This document shows positions 8,052 to 17,359 of a DNA stretch of 26,494 nt, in pieces. The notes under the pieces were generated by a model. It was not told the DNA's origin, ran no database searches, and worked only from the letters and a program-made list of their open reading frames with translations. The position numbers and the translations under genes are program-made. Origin of the DNA: Gammaproteobacteria bacterium (GTDB lineage Bacteria; Pseudomonadota; Gammaproteobacteria; Arenicellales; Poriferihabitantaceae); the NCBI GenBank assembly GCA_020027415.1, contig JAHRAW010000047.1, forward strand, positions 1 through 26,494. The letters are read 5' to 3'. Every line of letters begins with the position of its first letter. Position 1 is the stretch's first letter.

Positions 8052-9068
8052 TCAGTCGCCGGCGTTCTCAGCGGCGCGTTGATAGGCTTCCACGATGCGT
8101 TGCACCAACGGATGGCGCACCACATCTTGCGGCAGAAACTGCGTGAAACTGATGCCGTCTACGCCGCTCAGCACGCGTTGGGCGTGCTTCAATCCGCTGC
8201 GTTGTTCGCGCGGCAAATCCACTTGTGTGATATCGCCGGTGACGATCGCTTTGCTGGCAAAGCCGATGCGCGTCAGGAACATTTTCATCTGCTCCGCGGT
8301 GGTGTTTTGCGCTTCATCTAAAATGACGAACGATTCGTTCAAAGTGCGCCCGCGCATATACGCCAACGGAGCGAGTTCAATGGTGCGGCGGGCGATTAAT
8401 TTGCCCACCCGTTCAAAGCCGAGCATTTCGTAGAGCGCGTCAAACAGCGGTCGGAGGTAGGGATCTATTTTCTCGCCGATATCGCCGGGCAAAAAACCTA
8501 ATTTCTCGCCCGCCTCCACCGCCGGGCGCACCAACAGGATGCGCTTCACGCGGTCTTCGGCGAGCGCCTGCACCGCGCACGCCACCGCTAAATAGGTTTT
8601 GCCGGTGCCGGCTGGACCAATGGCGAAATTGATATCGTGGCGGTGGATGCGGCGGAGGTAGTCGCGCTGCCGCGAATTCTGACCGCGAATGGCGCAGCGA
8701 CGTATCGTGACCACCACTTCTTCGCCGCCATCGCCCCCGCCCTCACTCTCTGCGCCGTCCCCTTCGCGTTGCGGGGCGCGCTGAGTATCCGCCTCAGCCG
8801 CCCGCGCGCGCACCAGTTGGAGATGCACATCGTTGCCGCTGAGCGGTTCGGCTTGGTGTTTTGCCATTTCAAATAAGCCACGGATTACGGTTTCGGCGCG
8901 GCACGCCCGTTGCTTGCTGCCGGTCACCTTGAAGGCGTTGTGGCGTTGCATAATTTTGACTTGCAGGCGCGCTTCAATTTGTTGCAAGTGCGCGTCCAGT
9001 TCCCCGCACACTTGCGCCAACCGCTCGTTCTCGGCCGGCAGCAACTGAAATGTAATCGCTTGGTTCAA
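8052..9068 (-). CDS. ybeZ: PhoH-like ATPase (YbeZ)
   Basis: Walker A GPAGTGKT, plus [31 protein letters not shown] and VVRHPLV. Lies between miaB and ybeY. TTG start. Confidence 0.93.
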   Translation of the reverse strand: MNQAITFQLLPAENERLAQVCGELDAHLQQIEARLQVKIMQRHNAFKVTGSKQRACRAETVIRGLFEMAKHQAEPLSGNDVHLQLVRARAAEADTQRAPQREGDGAESEGGGDGGEEVVVTIRRCAIRGQNSRQRDYLRRIHRHDINFAIGPAGTGKTYLAVACAVQALAEDRVKRILLVRPAVEAGEKLGFLPGDIGEKIDPYLRPLFDALYEMLGFERVGKLIARRTIELAPLAYMRGRTLNESFVILDEAQNTTAEQMKMFLTRIGFASKAIVTGDITQVDLPREQRSGLKHAQRVLSGVDGISFTQFLPQDVVRHPLVQRIVEAYQRAAENAGD

Positions 9069-9137
9069 GTTAGCGCAACCTACTCAGCGACCTCGCCTTT
9101 ACGCGCGCCTTGTACTTGGACTTGGCGCGGCAACGGC

Positions 9138-10523
9138 TCACGCAACTTGCCGCGCCGGCGGGCGATTTTGCAGCGGCTGGTTCTCCACATGCAACACTTC
9201 GCCGCGCAACGAATTGGGCAAGGCTTCGGTGATTCTAACGAGCGCGAATTGCCCCGCCCAGTCGGCGCGACCGGCGAAATTCACCACGCGGTTGTTTTCG
9301 GTGCGCCCAGCCAGATGCGCGGGGTTCTTGCGCGACGCGCCCTCCACCAACACGCATTGCTCGCTGCCCAGCATGCGCAGGCTAATGGCCGCCGCCATCT
9401 CCGTAAGGCGTTGTTGCAATTTCTGCAGGCGTTGCTTTTTCACCGTCAGCGGAACTTCATCGGGCAAATCTGCAGCCGGCGTGCCGGCGCGCGCGCTATA
9501 CAGAAAACTAAATGATTGGTCGTAGCCGACCCGTTCAAGCAACGCCATGGTGGCGGCGAAATCGTCATCGGTTTCTCCGGGAAAGCCGACGATAAAATCC
9601 GAAGACAGCGAAATATCCGGGCGGCTGGCTCTGACTTGTTCAACGCAGGCGAGGTAGTCCGCCGCCGTGTAGCCTCGTTTCATCAATTTTAGAATTCGGT
9701 CGGAGCCGCTTTGTACCGGCAAATGCAGATGCCCCGCCAATTCTGGTATCTCGGCGTACGCGCGCGCCAACGGCGCGGTGAAATCCAGCGGATGCGAAGT
9801 GGTGAAGCGAAGCCGTTCAATGCCGTCCACCGCGGCGACATAGTGCAATAGTTCGGCGAATTCAACCACGCGCTGCGCATCGTGCGTCGCGCCGCGGTAA
9901 GCGTTGACATTCTGCCCGAGTAAATTGATTTCGCGCACGCCTTGCTGCGCCAACCCATACACTTCGGTAATCACATCATCAAACGGGCGGCTGAATTCGG
10001 TGCCGCGGGTATACGGCACCACGCAGAATGAGCAGTATTTGCTGCAGCCTTCCATAATGGAGACAAACGCTTTGACGCCATGCACGGAGGGCGGCGGCAA
10101 GCAGTCAAACTTCTCTATTTCGGGGAAGGAAATATCCACCACTTTGGCGCGCTGCGGGCGTTTTTTCAGCGCCTGATTCAGCATAGCGGGCAGGCGGTGC
10201 AGGGTTTGCGGACCAAAGACCAGATCCACATACGGCGCCCGCCGCATAATCATCTCCCCCTCTTGGCTGGCGACGCAACCGCCCACGCCGATGACCAACG
10301 TCGGCTTGCGCGCCTTGAGCAGACGCCATTGCCCCAGTTGCGAAAACACTTTTTCTTGCGCCTTCTCCCGCACCGAACAGGTGTTCAGCAACACCACATC
10401 CGCTTGTTCAGGCTGCGCGGTGGTTTCATAGCCGTGGCTGGCGCGCAACAAATCCGCCATGCGCGATGAATCGTATTCGTTCATCTGACAGCCGAATGTT
10501 TTAATGTGTAGTTTTTGGGGCAT
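9138..10523 (-). CDS. miaB: tRNA i6A37 methylthiotransferase MiaB
   Basis: UPF0004 N-terminus ([20 protein letters not shown]), radical SAM CxxxCxxC (CSKYCSFC) and a C-terminal TRAM domain. Start placed at ATG 10523. Confidence 0.96.
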   Translation of the reverse strand: MPQKLHIKTFGCQMNEYDSSRMADLLRASHGYETTAQPEQADVVLLNTCSVREKAQEKVFSQLGQWRLLKARKPTLVIGVGGCVASQEGEMIMRRAPYVDLVFGPQTLHRLPAMLNQALKKRPQRAKVVDISFPEIEKFDCLPPPSVHGVKAFVSIMEGCSKYCSFCVVPYTRGTEFSRPFDDVITEVYGLAQQGVREINLLGQNVNAYRGATHDAQRVVEFAELLHYVAAVDGIERLRFTTSHPLDFTAPLARAYAEIPELAGHLHLPVQSGSDRILKLMKRGYTAADYLACVEQVRASRPDISLSSDFIVGFPGETDDDFAATMALLERVGYDQSFSFLYSARAGTPAADLPDEVPLTVKKQRLQKLQQRLTEMAAAISLRMLGSEQCVLVEGASRKNPAHLAGRTENNRVVNFAGRADWAGQFALVRITEALPNSLRGEVLHVENQPLQNRPPARQVA

Positions 10524-10596
10524 CTGCGAAGGCTTGCAAGGCTTACCAAGGTTAGGCGGGCAAGAAAATCGGTCGGCGCGTAACGCTAAATCGTCC

Positions 10597-10620
10597 GCCG
10601 CCGCAATTTTTTGCGGCGGC
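10597..10620. other. Perfect hairpin between ppiA and miaB (possible terminator or processing/stability element)
   Basis: GCCGCCGCAA-tttt-TTGCGGCGGC, a 10-bp perfect stem. No downstream U-tract on the minus strand. Confidence 0.5.
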
Positions 10621-10664
10621 ACTACCGATTGCGATTGCGGTTGCCGGAATTCAGCGACTCATTT

Positions 10665-11252
10665 TCACAACTTTTCCACTTTGAGAATCACCACCGGCTG
10701 GGTCGGCACATCGCTAAACGGACCGACCGTGCCAGTTGGCAACGCCGCGATTTTTTCCACCACTTGCATGCCTTTGACCACTTTGGCGAACACCGCATAG
10801 CCCCAACCTTGCGGGGTTTTGGCGGTATGGTCAAGAAACGCATTGTCCGCCAAGTTGATGAAAAACTGGGAGGTGGCTGAATGTGGCTGCGCGGTGCGCG
10901 CCATAGATAAGGTGCCGGTCAGATTTTTTAACTGGTTGTCGGCTTCGTTCTCAATCGGCGGGTCGGTCGGGCGCGGTTTCATATCGTCGGTGAAACCGCC
11001 GCCTTGAATCATAAAGCCGGCAATCACGCGATGAAAAATCAGTCGCTCAAAGTGCTCAGACTCCACATAACGGAGGAAGTTCTGCACGCTCAGCGGCGCC
11101 TGTTGCGGATACAATTCTATTTCAATCTCGCCTAAGGTGGTGGTCATTTTCAGCATCGGTAGGTTCTTATCGGCTTGGCTATGGAGCGACCAAAAGGTAA
11201 CCACCGCCAAAATTAAGAGCATGGGCAGGACGACAAAACGAATCAGTTTCAT
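10665..11252 (-). CDS. ppiA: Periplasmic cyclophilin-type peptidyl-prolyl isomerase
   Basis: Motifs FHRVIAGFMIQGGG, GTLSMART, SATSQFFIN and WGYAVF. N-terminal signal peptide (MKLIRFVVLPMLLILAVV...SQA). Confidence 0.9.
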   Translation of the reverse strand: MKLIRFVVLPMLLILAVVTFWSLHSQADKNLPMLKMTTTLGEIEIELYPQQAPLSVQNFLRYVESEHFERLIFHRVIAGFMIQGGGFTDDMKPRPTDPPIENEADNQLKNLTGTLSMARTAQPHSATSQFFINLADNAFLDHTAKTPQGWGYAVFAKVVKGMQVVEKIAALPTGTVGPFSDVPTQPVVILKVEKL

Positions 11253-11311
11253 AATAATTCAACACCAGGAAAGGAAAACTACGGTGATTGTGGAAGGATT
11301 GGCTGAATGAT

Positions 11312-11770
11312 TCAAGTCGCAATGAGTTGCATAATCCGCCGCCAGTGCCGCGCTTCAACCGGAAACACCGAGAGCCGATTGCCGCGTTTGAGCAGTTGCA
11401 TATCGGCAAGCGCCGGTTCTTGTTTCAAGCGCTGCAAGGTGACCGGGTGTTTCAGTTTACTTACAAACTTGACTTCAACCAACATCCAGGTCGGGTTGCG
11501 CGGGTCGCTTTTGGCATCGTAATGCGCGTTCTGCGGCATAAAAGCGGTCGGGTCCGGATAGGCGGCGCCGGCGATTTCCATGATGCCGACAATGCCCGGC
11601 GTTTGGCAACTGGAATGATAGAAAAACGCGCGGTCGCCAAGCGCCATTTGGTCGCGGATGAAATTACGCGCTTGATAGTTGCGCACGCCATCCCACGGCT
11701 CCACCGTGACCCGTTGCAGGTCATCAATGGAAAATTCATTCGGTTCGCTTTTCATTAACCAGTATTGCAT
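11312..11770 (-). CDS. EVE domain protein
   Basis: Motifs YWLMKSEP, WDGVRNYQARN, FFYHSSC and RLSVFPV. Typical position downstream of ygfA. Confidence 0.93.
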   Translation of the reverse strand: MQYWLMKSEPNEFSIDDLQRVTVEPWDGVRNYQARNFIRDQMALGDRAFFYHSSCQTPGIVGIMEIAGAAYPDPTAFMPQNAHYDAKSDPRNPTWMLVEVKFVSKLKHPVTLQRLKQEPALADMQLLKRGNRLSVFPVEARHWRRIMQLIAT

Positions 11771-11787
11771 GGCGGCTTGTCGGTCGG

Positions 11788-12507
11788 TCAATTTACGCCG
11801 GGCGGGCGGGCGCGCGCGGCTTGGCTTGTCGGCAACTCGGCGCAGTGATAAATGCGTTGCTCGGTCACCACCGTGGCGAGCGGAATGTCCCAGTTTTCGG
11901 CGTCTATTTTTTCCACGCGCTGCATTTCATGCGCCAGCCCGACCAGTTGCGGGCGGCGGTGCGGCGCGGCTTTCTTAAACGCCAAGGTGGCGTCGTAGAA
12001 ACTCCCGCCCATGCCGAGGCGATTGCCGTGGCCGTCAAACCCGACCAGCGGCAACAATATCAAGTCCAGTTGCTCGGCTGCCAATAACTCGTCCGCCGCC
12101 ACCAGCGGCTCGGCGATGCCCAATTGATTGCGTTGAAATTTGCTGTGCGCGGTAATCTCGGCAAAGCGCAATGAGTTTTTATGCGGCTGGCACCGGGGTT
12201 TGCTCAGCGCGGCGGCGCGCGCGCGCGCCACCACCGGTGCATAGCAACGTTTCCCGTGCGCCAGACTCCACGCCAACACTTTGCCGGGATCAATCTCGCC
12301 GTCGTTGACCATATACAGCGCGATGGATTGACTGTGCTGGAACGCCGGCAGGGTTTTGATGCGCTCCGCCAAGGCAATCGCCGCTTGCGCTTGCTGTGCC
12401 GGACTGAGTGCGTTGCGCTGTTGCCGCAACCGTTTTCGCAACTCGGGTTTCCGCCGCCGAAAGTTTGTCGGCGGGGGTTCGCCGCCAATTGGATGAGGCT
12501 GAATCAT
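11788..12507 (-). CDS. ygfA: 5-formyltetrahydrofolate cyclo-ligase
   Basis: Motifs KPELRKRL, DGEID, LPLVGFD-GNRLGMGGSFYD and WDIPL. Start at ATG 12507 is uncertain; the frame is open back to 12579. Confidence 0.92.
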   Translation of the reverse strand: MIQPHPIGGEPPPTNFRRRKPELRKRLRQQRNALSPAQQAQAAIALAERIKTLPAFQHSQSIALYMVNDGEIDPGKVLAWSLAHGKRCYAPVVARARAAALSKPRCQPHKNSLRFAEITAHSKFQRNQLGIAEPLVAADELLAAEQLDLILLPLVGFDGHGNRLGMGGSFYDATLAFKKAAPHRRPQLVGLAHEMQRVEKIDAENWDIPLATVVTEQRIYHCAELPTSQAARARPPGVN

Positions 12508-12550
12508 ATGATGGATGAAGGGATGAAGGGATGGAGATTGAGAAATTGAC

Positions 12551-12850
12551 TCACTGGGCGTTGGTGACCGCCTCGTCAACCTGCTGATGCAGGGTTTTCA
12601 GACGCGCATGAATTTGCGCTTGGTCGCGCGCCGCATCGCGCACCGCCAGCAGTTCATGGCTGATATTCAAGCCGGCCATGATGGCGCAGCGATCGATGCC
12701 CAACACCTCGGCGCCGGTGGCGACCGTGCGCATCTGCTGGTCAAGATACGCCGCCGCCGCCAGCACCCCGCGCCGTTCCTCTTTGGAACACACCACGCTA
12801 AATGTGTGCTGCATGATGCGCACTTGTACGCTTTCGTTTGCCGTGCTCAT
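12551..12850 (-). CDS. zapA: Cell division protein ZapA
   Basis: VRIMQHTFSVVC..EE..L..AA.YLDQQM and AIMAGLNISHELL, followed by a coiled coil. Canonical position. Confidence 0.92.
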   Translation of the reverse strand: MSTANESVQVRIMQHTFSVVCSKEERRGVLAAAAYLDQQMRTVATGAEVLGIDRCAIMAGLNISHELLAVRDAARDQAQIHARLKTLHQQVDEAVTNAQ

Positions 12851-12932
12851 GGAGTGTTATAGGGGTTATGGGGAAGGTGATGGCGGGTGGCGGCGCAAGC
12901 TTTTACTCCCGGCAAGCGTTGCCGACAACCAC

Positions 12933-13133
12933 TCAGCCTTCCAACGAGTTCAGGCGCGCCACGATATGCTCAACGCGACCGTGCGCGATTTTATTCTTTT
13001 CTTGCAAGGCTTTGAATTGTTGCTGCAGCATACGTTTCTCGTTGCGCAACAGTTCGTTGTCGCGGCGCAAGCCGGCGGTCAACTTGATTAAATCGTTGAT
13101 GCGTTGTTCAAGTTTTTGAATGGTCTGTTCCAC
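12933..13133 (-). CDS. TIGR02449 family coiled-coil protein (ZapB-like)
   Basis: 66-aa coiled coil (LEQRINDLI..LRRDNELLR..KNKIAHGRVEHIVARLNSLE) directly upstream of zapA. GTG start. Confidence 0.8.
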   Translation of the reverse strand: MEQTIQKLEQRINDLIKLTAGLRRDNELLRNEKRMLQQQFKALQEKNKIAHGRVEHIVARLNSLEG

Positions 13134-13162
13134 TGGATTTGCCGGCGTCGCCCAAGCGCAGA

Positions 13163-13191
13163 ACTATAAACCACCCGCCAACATGCGTCAA
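13163..13191 (-). promoter_or_regulatory. Sigma70 promoter for the TIGR02449-zapA-ygfA-EVE unit
   Basis: Minus strand reads TTGACG-N17-TATAGT. Confidence 0.75.
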
Positions 13192-13226
13192 AGACTTCCG
13201 CCCAATTCTTTTCAGCCCGCCGCCGC

Positions 13227-13255
13227 TTGCCCAGTCGCCCGGCTTGGAGTAAACT
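13227..13255 (+). promoter_or_regulatory. Divergent sigma70 promoter for the SDR-ygfB-pepP-ubiH-ubiI unit
   Basis: TTGCCC-N17-TAAACT. Confidence 0.6.
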
Positions 13256-13330
13256 GATGCGCGTGTTGGCTCCGCCGCCGGCAACCTATGGCTGTATCCT
13301 GTTGTCTAAATTTACCCTGAGAATAAGATT

Positions 13331-13990
13331 ATGCCCACCAGTCTGGTAGTCGGCGCCAACCGCGGCCTCGGCTTGGAAATATGCCGCCAACTGCTGCAAC
13401 GCGGCGAGCGCGTGATTGCCGTCTGCCGCACGCCCAACCCCGAACTGGCGCGCCGCGGCGCCACTATGATCAGCGAAGTGGATGTTACCAACCCCGAACA
13501 TGTGCGCCGCTTGGCCGGCGAAGTCAAATCAATCCAACTGGATTGGCTGCTTCACAACGCCGGGCTGCTCACCGCCGAATCGCTCGCGGAACTGGATTTT
13601 GACCGTATGCTAAACCAGTATCAAGTCAATGCCTTAGGTCCGTTGCGGGTGGTGCATGCCCTGCTTGGCAACCTGTCCGCCGGCGCCAAAATCGGCATCG
13701 TCTCCAGCCGCGTCGGCTCGTTGGGCGACAACGCCAGCGGCGGCAACTACGGCTACCGAATGTCCAAAGCCGCGGTGAACATGGCGGGAGTCAATCTGGC
13801 GCACGACCTGCGCGCGCGCGGAATTGCGGTGTTGTTGCTGCATCCTGGGTTGGTGGCGACCGACATGACCGCCGGGCGCGGCATCCAACCGGCGGTGGCG
13901 GCGCGCCAACTGATTGAACAAATGGATGAACTGTGCATGCAACGCAGCGGCGCCTTCTGGCATGCGGAAGGGTATCCGTTGCCGTGGTGA
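13331..13990 (+). CDS. Short-chain dehydrogenase/reductase (CsgA/C-factor-like)
   Basis: Motifs VGANRGLG (GxxxGxG), HNAG, SSRVGS, the catalytic YRMSK (YxxxK) and HPGLVATDM. Confidence 0.92.
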   Translation: MPTSLVVGANRGLGLEICRQLLQRGERVIAVCRTPNPELARRGATMISEVDVTNPEHVRRLAGEVKSIQLDWLLHNAGLLTAESLAELDFDRMLNQYQVNALGPLRVVHALLGNLSAGAKIGIVSSRVGSLGDNASGGNYGYRMSKAAVNMAGVNLAHDLRARGIAVLLLHPGLVATDMTAGRGIQPAVAARQLIEQMDELCMQRSGAFWHAEGYPLPW

Positions 13991-14026
13991 ATGGTGAATA
14001 GTAAATGGTGAGCGGTGAATGGCGAA
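13985..14026 (+). repeat. Degenerate heptamer tandem repeat, six units
   Basis: TGGTGAA TGGTGAA TAGTAAA TGGTGAG CGGTGAA TGGCGAA spans the SDR stop and the first ygfB ATG. Confidence 0.8.
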
Positions 14027-14726
14027 CCCCGGCACTCCGCCCCGCGCCTCCATCAACCCCTTGCGCATGAGCACGCACGCTCCCACCAAACCGCCGTCCC
14101 AGCCGCCGTTGCAGGCGCGGCTGTATCACGACCTCAATCGGCGGTTACAAAACTCCAGTTGGAACAGCAGCGCCGCCGAGGCGCACGGGTTGCTGAGCGG
14201 GCTCGCTTGCCGCGGACTCGGCGCCGCGCAGTTGCGCAGTAAAATGTGGCTGTTGCAAGTAGCGGAAAAATCCGACATCGCATTGTTAGCAAGCATGTAT
14301 GACTTGATCCTGCGCGATTTGCAAGCGGACGATTTCGCGTTTAACTTGCTGCTGCCACCGCAACCGCCGGAAAATTCTCGGCACCGCCCAACCCCGACTC
14401 TGCCACCGACCCTAACCTTAGAGTCGCTGGCGGATTGGTGCAACGGCTTCGGGCAAGGGTTTCTGCACGACGGCGAACAATGCCTCAGCGGCGCCGCGGC
14501 CGCGGTGCGCGAAGCGTTGCAGGACATCATGCAAATCAGCCGTCTGCACATCGCCGCCAACGCCGACCAAAAAACCGAGCGGCAGTTGTGTGAAATTGAG
14601 CAATACTTGCGGGTCGCAGCGCATGTGATATTTGAAGAATCGCGCCGACCCGCAGTCATGCCCACGACCACGCCCACGCCCATGCCAAACAGCGCAAAAC
14701 CGCGGCCCACCGAGTTGCCGACATGA
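14019..14726 (+). CDS. ygfB: UPF0149 family protein (YgfB/YecA-like)
   Basis: Motifs AEAHGLLSG, LADWCNGF..GF, EALQDI..I and IEQYLRVA. Upstream of pepP with ATGA overlap. Start uncertain (14019 or 14067). Confidence 0.82.
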   Translation: MANPGTPPRASINPLRMSTHAPTKPPSQPPLQARLYHDLNRRLQNSSWNSSAAEAHGLLSGLACRGLGAAQLRSKMWLLQVAEKSDIALLASMYDLILRDLQADDFAFNLLLPPQPPENSRHRPTPTLPPTLTLESLADWCNGFGQGFLHDGEQCLSGAAAAVREALQDIMQISRLHIAANADQKTERQLCEIEQYLRVAAHVIFEESRRPAVMPTTTPTPMPNSAKPRPTELPT

Positions 14727-16039
14727 GCGCGAACCATGATGCTGAAATCTACCGCCGCCGACGGCAGGATTTGATGGCTTGCATGCGCGGCGGCCTCGCC
14801 ATCATTCCCACCGCCCGGCAGCAGCCGCGCAATAGTGATGTGCTGTTTCCGTTTCGCCCGGACAGCGATTTTTACTATTTAACCCATTTCCCCGAACCGG
14901 AAGCGATCGCGGTGCTGGCGCCGGGGCGAGCGGAGGGGGAATTTCTGCTGTTCTGCCGAGAAAAAGATGCGCGCCAAGAAACTTGGGAGGGGCGTCGCCA
15001 GGGGCTACTCGGCGCGCGCGAACAATATGGCGCTGAGCAGAGTTTCCCGATTGGCGAATTCCACGACCGCCTGCCGAACTTGCTTGAAAACCGCGCGCGC
15101 GTGTTTGTCACCATGGGGCGCTACCGCGATTTTGACCGCGAGTTGCTGCGCTGCACCCGTGCGTTGCGCGCCAAGCAACGCGCCGGCGTGCATGCGCCCG
15201 GGGAGTTTGTGGAGTTGGGGCATTTCCTACATGAAATGCGGCTGATTAAGAAAAAAGACGAGCAAAAACTGATGCGCGCCGCCGCGCGATTGTCCGCCGC
15301 CGGACATCGGCGCGCCATGCGAAGCACCGCCGCGGGGCGCTATGAATACCAGATTCAAGCCGAACTGGAATATGAGTTTGGCTTGGGCGGCAGCCATTAC
15401 CCCGCCTACCCTTCCATCGTGGCGGGGGGCGCAAACACTTGCATCATGCACTACACCGAAAACAATCGCCGACTGCAAGACGGCGATTTATTGCTCATTG
15501 ACGCCGGCGCGGAACTGGATTGTTATGCGGCGGATATCACCCGCACCTTCCCGGTCAACGGCGCTTTCAGCGCGCCGCAAAAAGCGGTGTATGAGGTGGT
15601 GTTAGCGGCGCAGCAAGCCGCCATCGCCGCCATCCAACCGAACCAACCGCTGAGCGAATACCATACCGCGGCCACGCAAGTGTTGACCGACGGCTTGATA
15701 GACTTGGGCTTGTTGCACGGCGAGCGCAACGAATTGGTTGAGACGCATGCCTATCAGCGTTTCTACATGCATCGCACCGGTCACTGGTTGGGAATGGATG
15801 TGCATGATGTCGGCGATTACAAAGTGGATGAGCAGTGGCGGTTGTTGGAACCCGGCATGGTGCTGACCGTGGAGCCGGGGCTATACCTGCCCGCCGCCGC
15901 CGACTTAGACGCCCAGTGGCACAACATCGGCATTCGCATTGAGGACGATATTTTGGTCACCCGCAACGGTAACGAGAATCTCTCGGTGGATGCGCCGAAA
16001 CAAATCGCTGACATTGAAGCGCTGATGGCGGACGCATGA
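14723..16039 (+). CDS. pepP: Xaa-Pro aminopeptidase
   Basis: Motifs FRPDSDFYYLTHF, LIDAGAELDCYAADITRTFP, HRTGHWLGMDVHD, LTVEPG and GIRIEDD. Confidence 0.96.
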   Translation: MSANHDAEIYRRRRQDLMACMRGGLAIIPTARQQPRNSDVLFPFRPDSDFYYLTHFPEPEAIAVLAPGRAEGEFLLFCREKDARQETWEGRRQGLLGAREQYGAEQSFPIGEFHDRLPNLLENRARVFVTMGRYRDFDRELLRCTRALRAKQRAGVHAPGEFVELGHFLHEMRLIKKKDEQKLMRAAARLSAAGHRRAMRSTAAGRYEYQIQAELEYEFGLGGSHYPAYPSIVAGGANTCIMHYTENNRRLQDGDLLLIDAGAELDCYAADITRTFPVNGAFSAPQKAVYEVVLAAQQAAIAAIQPNQPLSEYHTAATQVLTDGLIDLGLLHGERNELVETHAYQRFYMHRTGHWLGMDVHDVGDYKVDEQWRLLEPGMVLTVEPGLYLPAAADLDAQWHNIGIRIEDDILVTRNGNENLSVDAPKQIADIEALMADA

Positions 16040-17292
16040 TACAGCCTGCCGCTGCCGCCGCCGATAGCCCCAAGCCACGCCGATACGATGTGGTGATTGT
16101 CGGCGGCGGGTTGGTCGGCGCCAGTTTGGCGGTGGCGCTGGAAACCAGCGGGCTATCCATCGCCGTCATGGAACCGCGGGCAAGCCGCGACCAGCCGAGT
16201 TTTGACGAGCGCACCGTTGCCTTGACCTACCTCGCCCGGCAAATCTACACCGGCATGGGCGTGTGGGCGCAAATTGCCGCGCATCAAGTGCAGCCCATTT
16301 TGGAGATTCACATATCCGACCGCGGGCATTTTGGCATGACCCACCTGCGCAATACCGATGTGGGCGTGCCAGCGTTGGGGTATGTGGTGGCAACCCGAGT
16401 GTTAGGCGAGGCGCTGCATCAGCGCCTGCGCCAAAGTGCCGCCATTGACCTGTTTTGCCCGGCCGAAGTGGAGCGCGTGCAGCCGCGCGCGCGCGACAAT
16501 TTGCTCACCGTCTGCCACCGCCAACAAGCCGTGACCTTGCAAGCCGGATTGGTGGTGCTCGCCGACGGCGGTCGCTCCAACTTGGGCGCGCAAATCGGCG
16601 TGCAAGCCCGTCGTACCCGGTATCCGCAGAACGCGATTCTCTGCTTCGTGCAAACCGACCGCCCGCATGGCGGGCGCGCCTATGAACGGTTTACCGGCGA
16701 AGGTCCGCTGGCGTTGCTGCCGCACTGCGACCATCGCTACGCCGTGGTATGGAGCACCGACCGCCAACAAACCGCCGCCCGCATGGCGTTGTCGGACACC
16801 GCCTTCATGCAGGCGTTGCAACGGGCGTTCGGCGCGCGCGCCGGCAATTTTTCGCGCCCCAGCGCGCGCAACTGTTATCCGTTGCACCGCAGTAAAATTG
16901 AACGCCCGGTGCGCGGGCGCGCGCTGAGCATCGGCAACGCCGCGCATATCGTGCATCCAGTCGCCGGGCAGGGCTTTAATCTTGGGCTGCGTGATGTCGC
17001 GGTGTTGGCGGAAATGCTGCATCAAGCGGCGCAACAACGCCAAGATATTGCAAGCCCGGCGTTGCTGGAAAGGTATGTCGCGCGGCGGCGGCGCGAAACC
17101 GCGATGGTCGGCGGCTTTACTGACGGGTTGATTCAATTGTTTTGCAGCCCGCGCAAGTCGGTGCAATTCGCGCGCAATATCGGACTCGCCGGCGTTGAAC
17201 TGCTGCCGCCGATCAAGCGGTTATTGCTGCGGCACACCTTAGGATTAGCCGCCTCGCCAACGCGGTTGGGTGCCGGCTTGCCGCTGGCGTGA
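16036..17292 (+). CDS. ubiH: 2-octaprenyl-6-methoxyphenol hydroxylase
   Basis: Motifs VGGGLVG, ADGGRS, AYERFTGEGPLALLP and IGNAAHIVHPVAGQGFNLGLRD. Directly after pepP. Confidence 0.9.
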   Translation: MIQPAAAAADSPKPRRYDVVIVGGGLVGASLAVALETSGLSIAVMEPRASRDQPSFDERTVALTYLARQIYTGMGVWAQIAAHQVQPILEIHISDRGHFGMTHLRNTDVGVPALGYVVATRVLGEALHQRLRQSAAIDLFCPAEVERVQPRARDNLLTVCHRQQAVTLQAGLVVLADGGRSNLGAQIGVQARRTRYPQNAILCFVQTDRPHGGRAYERFTGEGPLALLPHCDHRYAVVWSTDRQQTAARMALSDTAFMQALQRAFGARAGNFSRPSARNCYPLHRSKIERPVRGRALSIGNAAHIVHPVAGQGFNLGLRDVAVLAEMLHQAAQQRQDIASPALLERYVARRRRETAMVGGFTDGLIQLFCSPRKSVQFARNIGLAGVELLPPIKRLLLRHTLGLAASPTRLGAGLPLA

Positions 17293-17321
17293 GTAGATTG
17301 CCGCGCGGCGTAGCGGATTAC

Positions 17322-17346
17322 GACACTACTGACACTACGCACTACT
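17322..17346 (+). repeat. Short tandem repeat of a CACTAC core, three units
   Basis: GACACTACT GACACTAC GCACTACT in the ubiH-ubiI spacer. Confidence 0.7.
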
Positions 17347-17359
17347 AGCGCAATGCGAT

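Noticed and set aside
10524-10622. N-terminal extensions of miaB, fur (18775), murJ (25766), glcD (1254) and glcF (3885) given by the ORF track
   Set aside because: Family-typical N-termini begin at downstream starts. The extensions run through hairpins, promoters or the upstream gene.
13134-13330. Relocated 6S RNA in the divergent intergenic region
   Set aside because: No long self-complementary rod with a central bubble is evident, and two back-to-back sigma70 promoters explain the region. A covariance-model search would be decisive.
13985-14026. CRISPR array
   Set aside because: Units are 7 nt and contiguous with no spacers, and there are no cas genes in the window.
16402-17166. Long antisense ORF (254 aa) opposite ubiH
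   Set aside because: Shadow frame of a GC-rich coding strand with no recognisable motifs. The same applies to 5178-5840, 8910-9515, 14126-14737 and 19309-19905.
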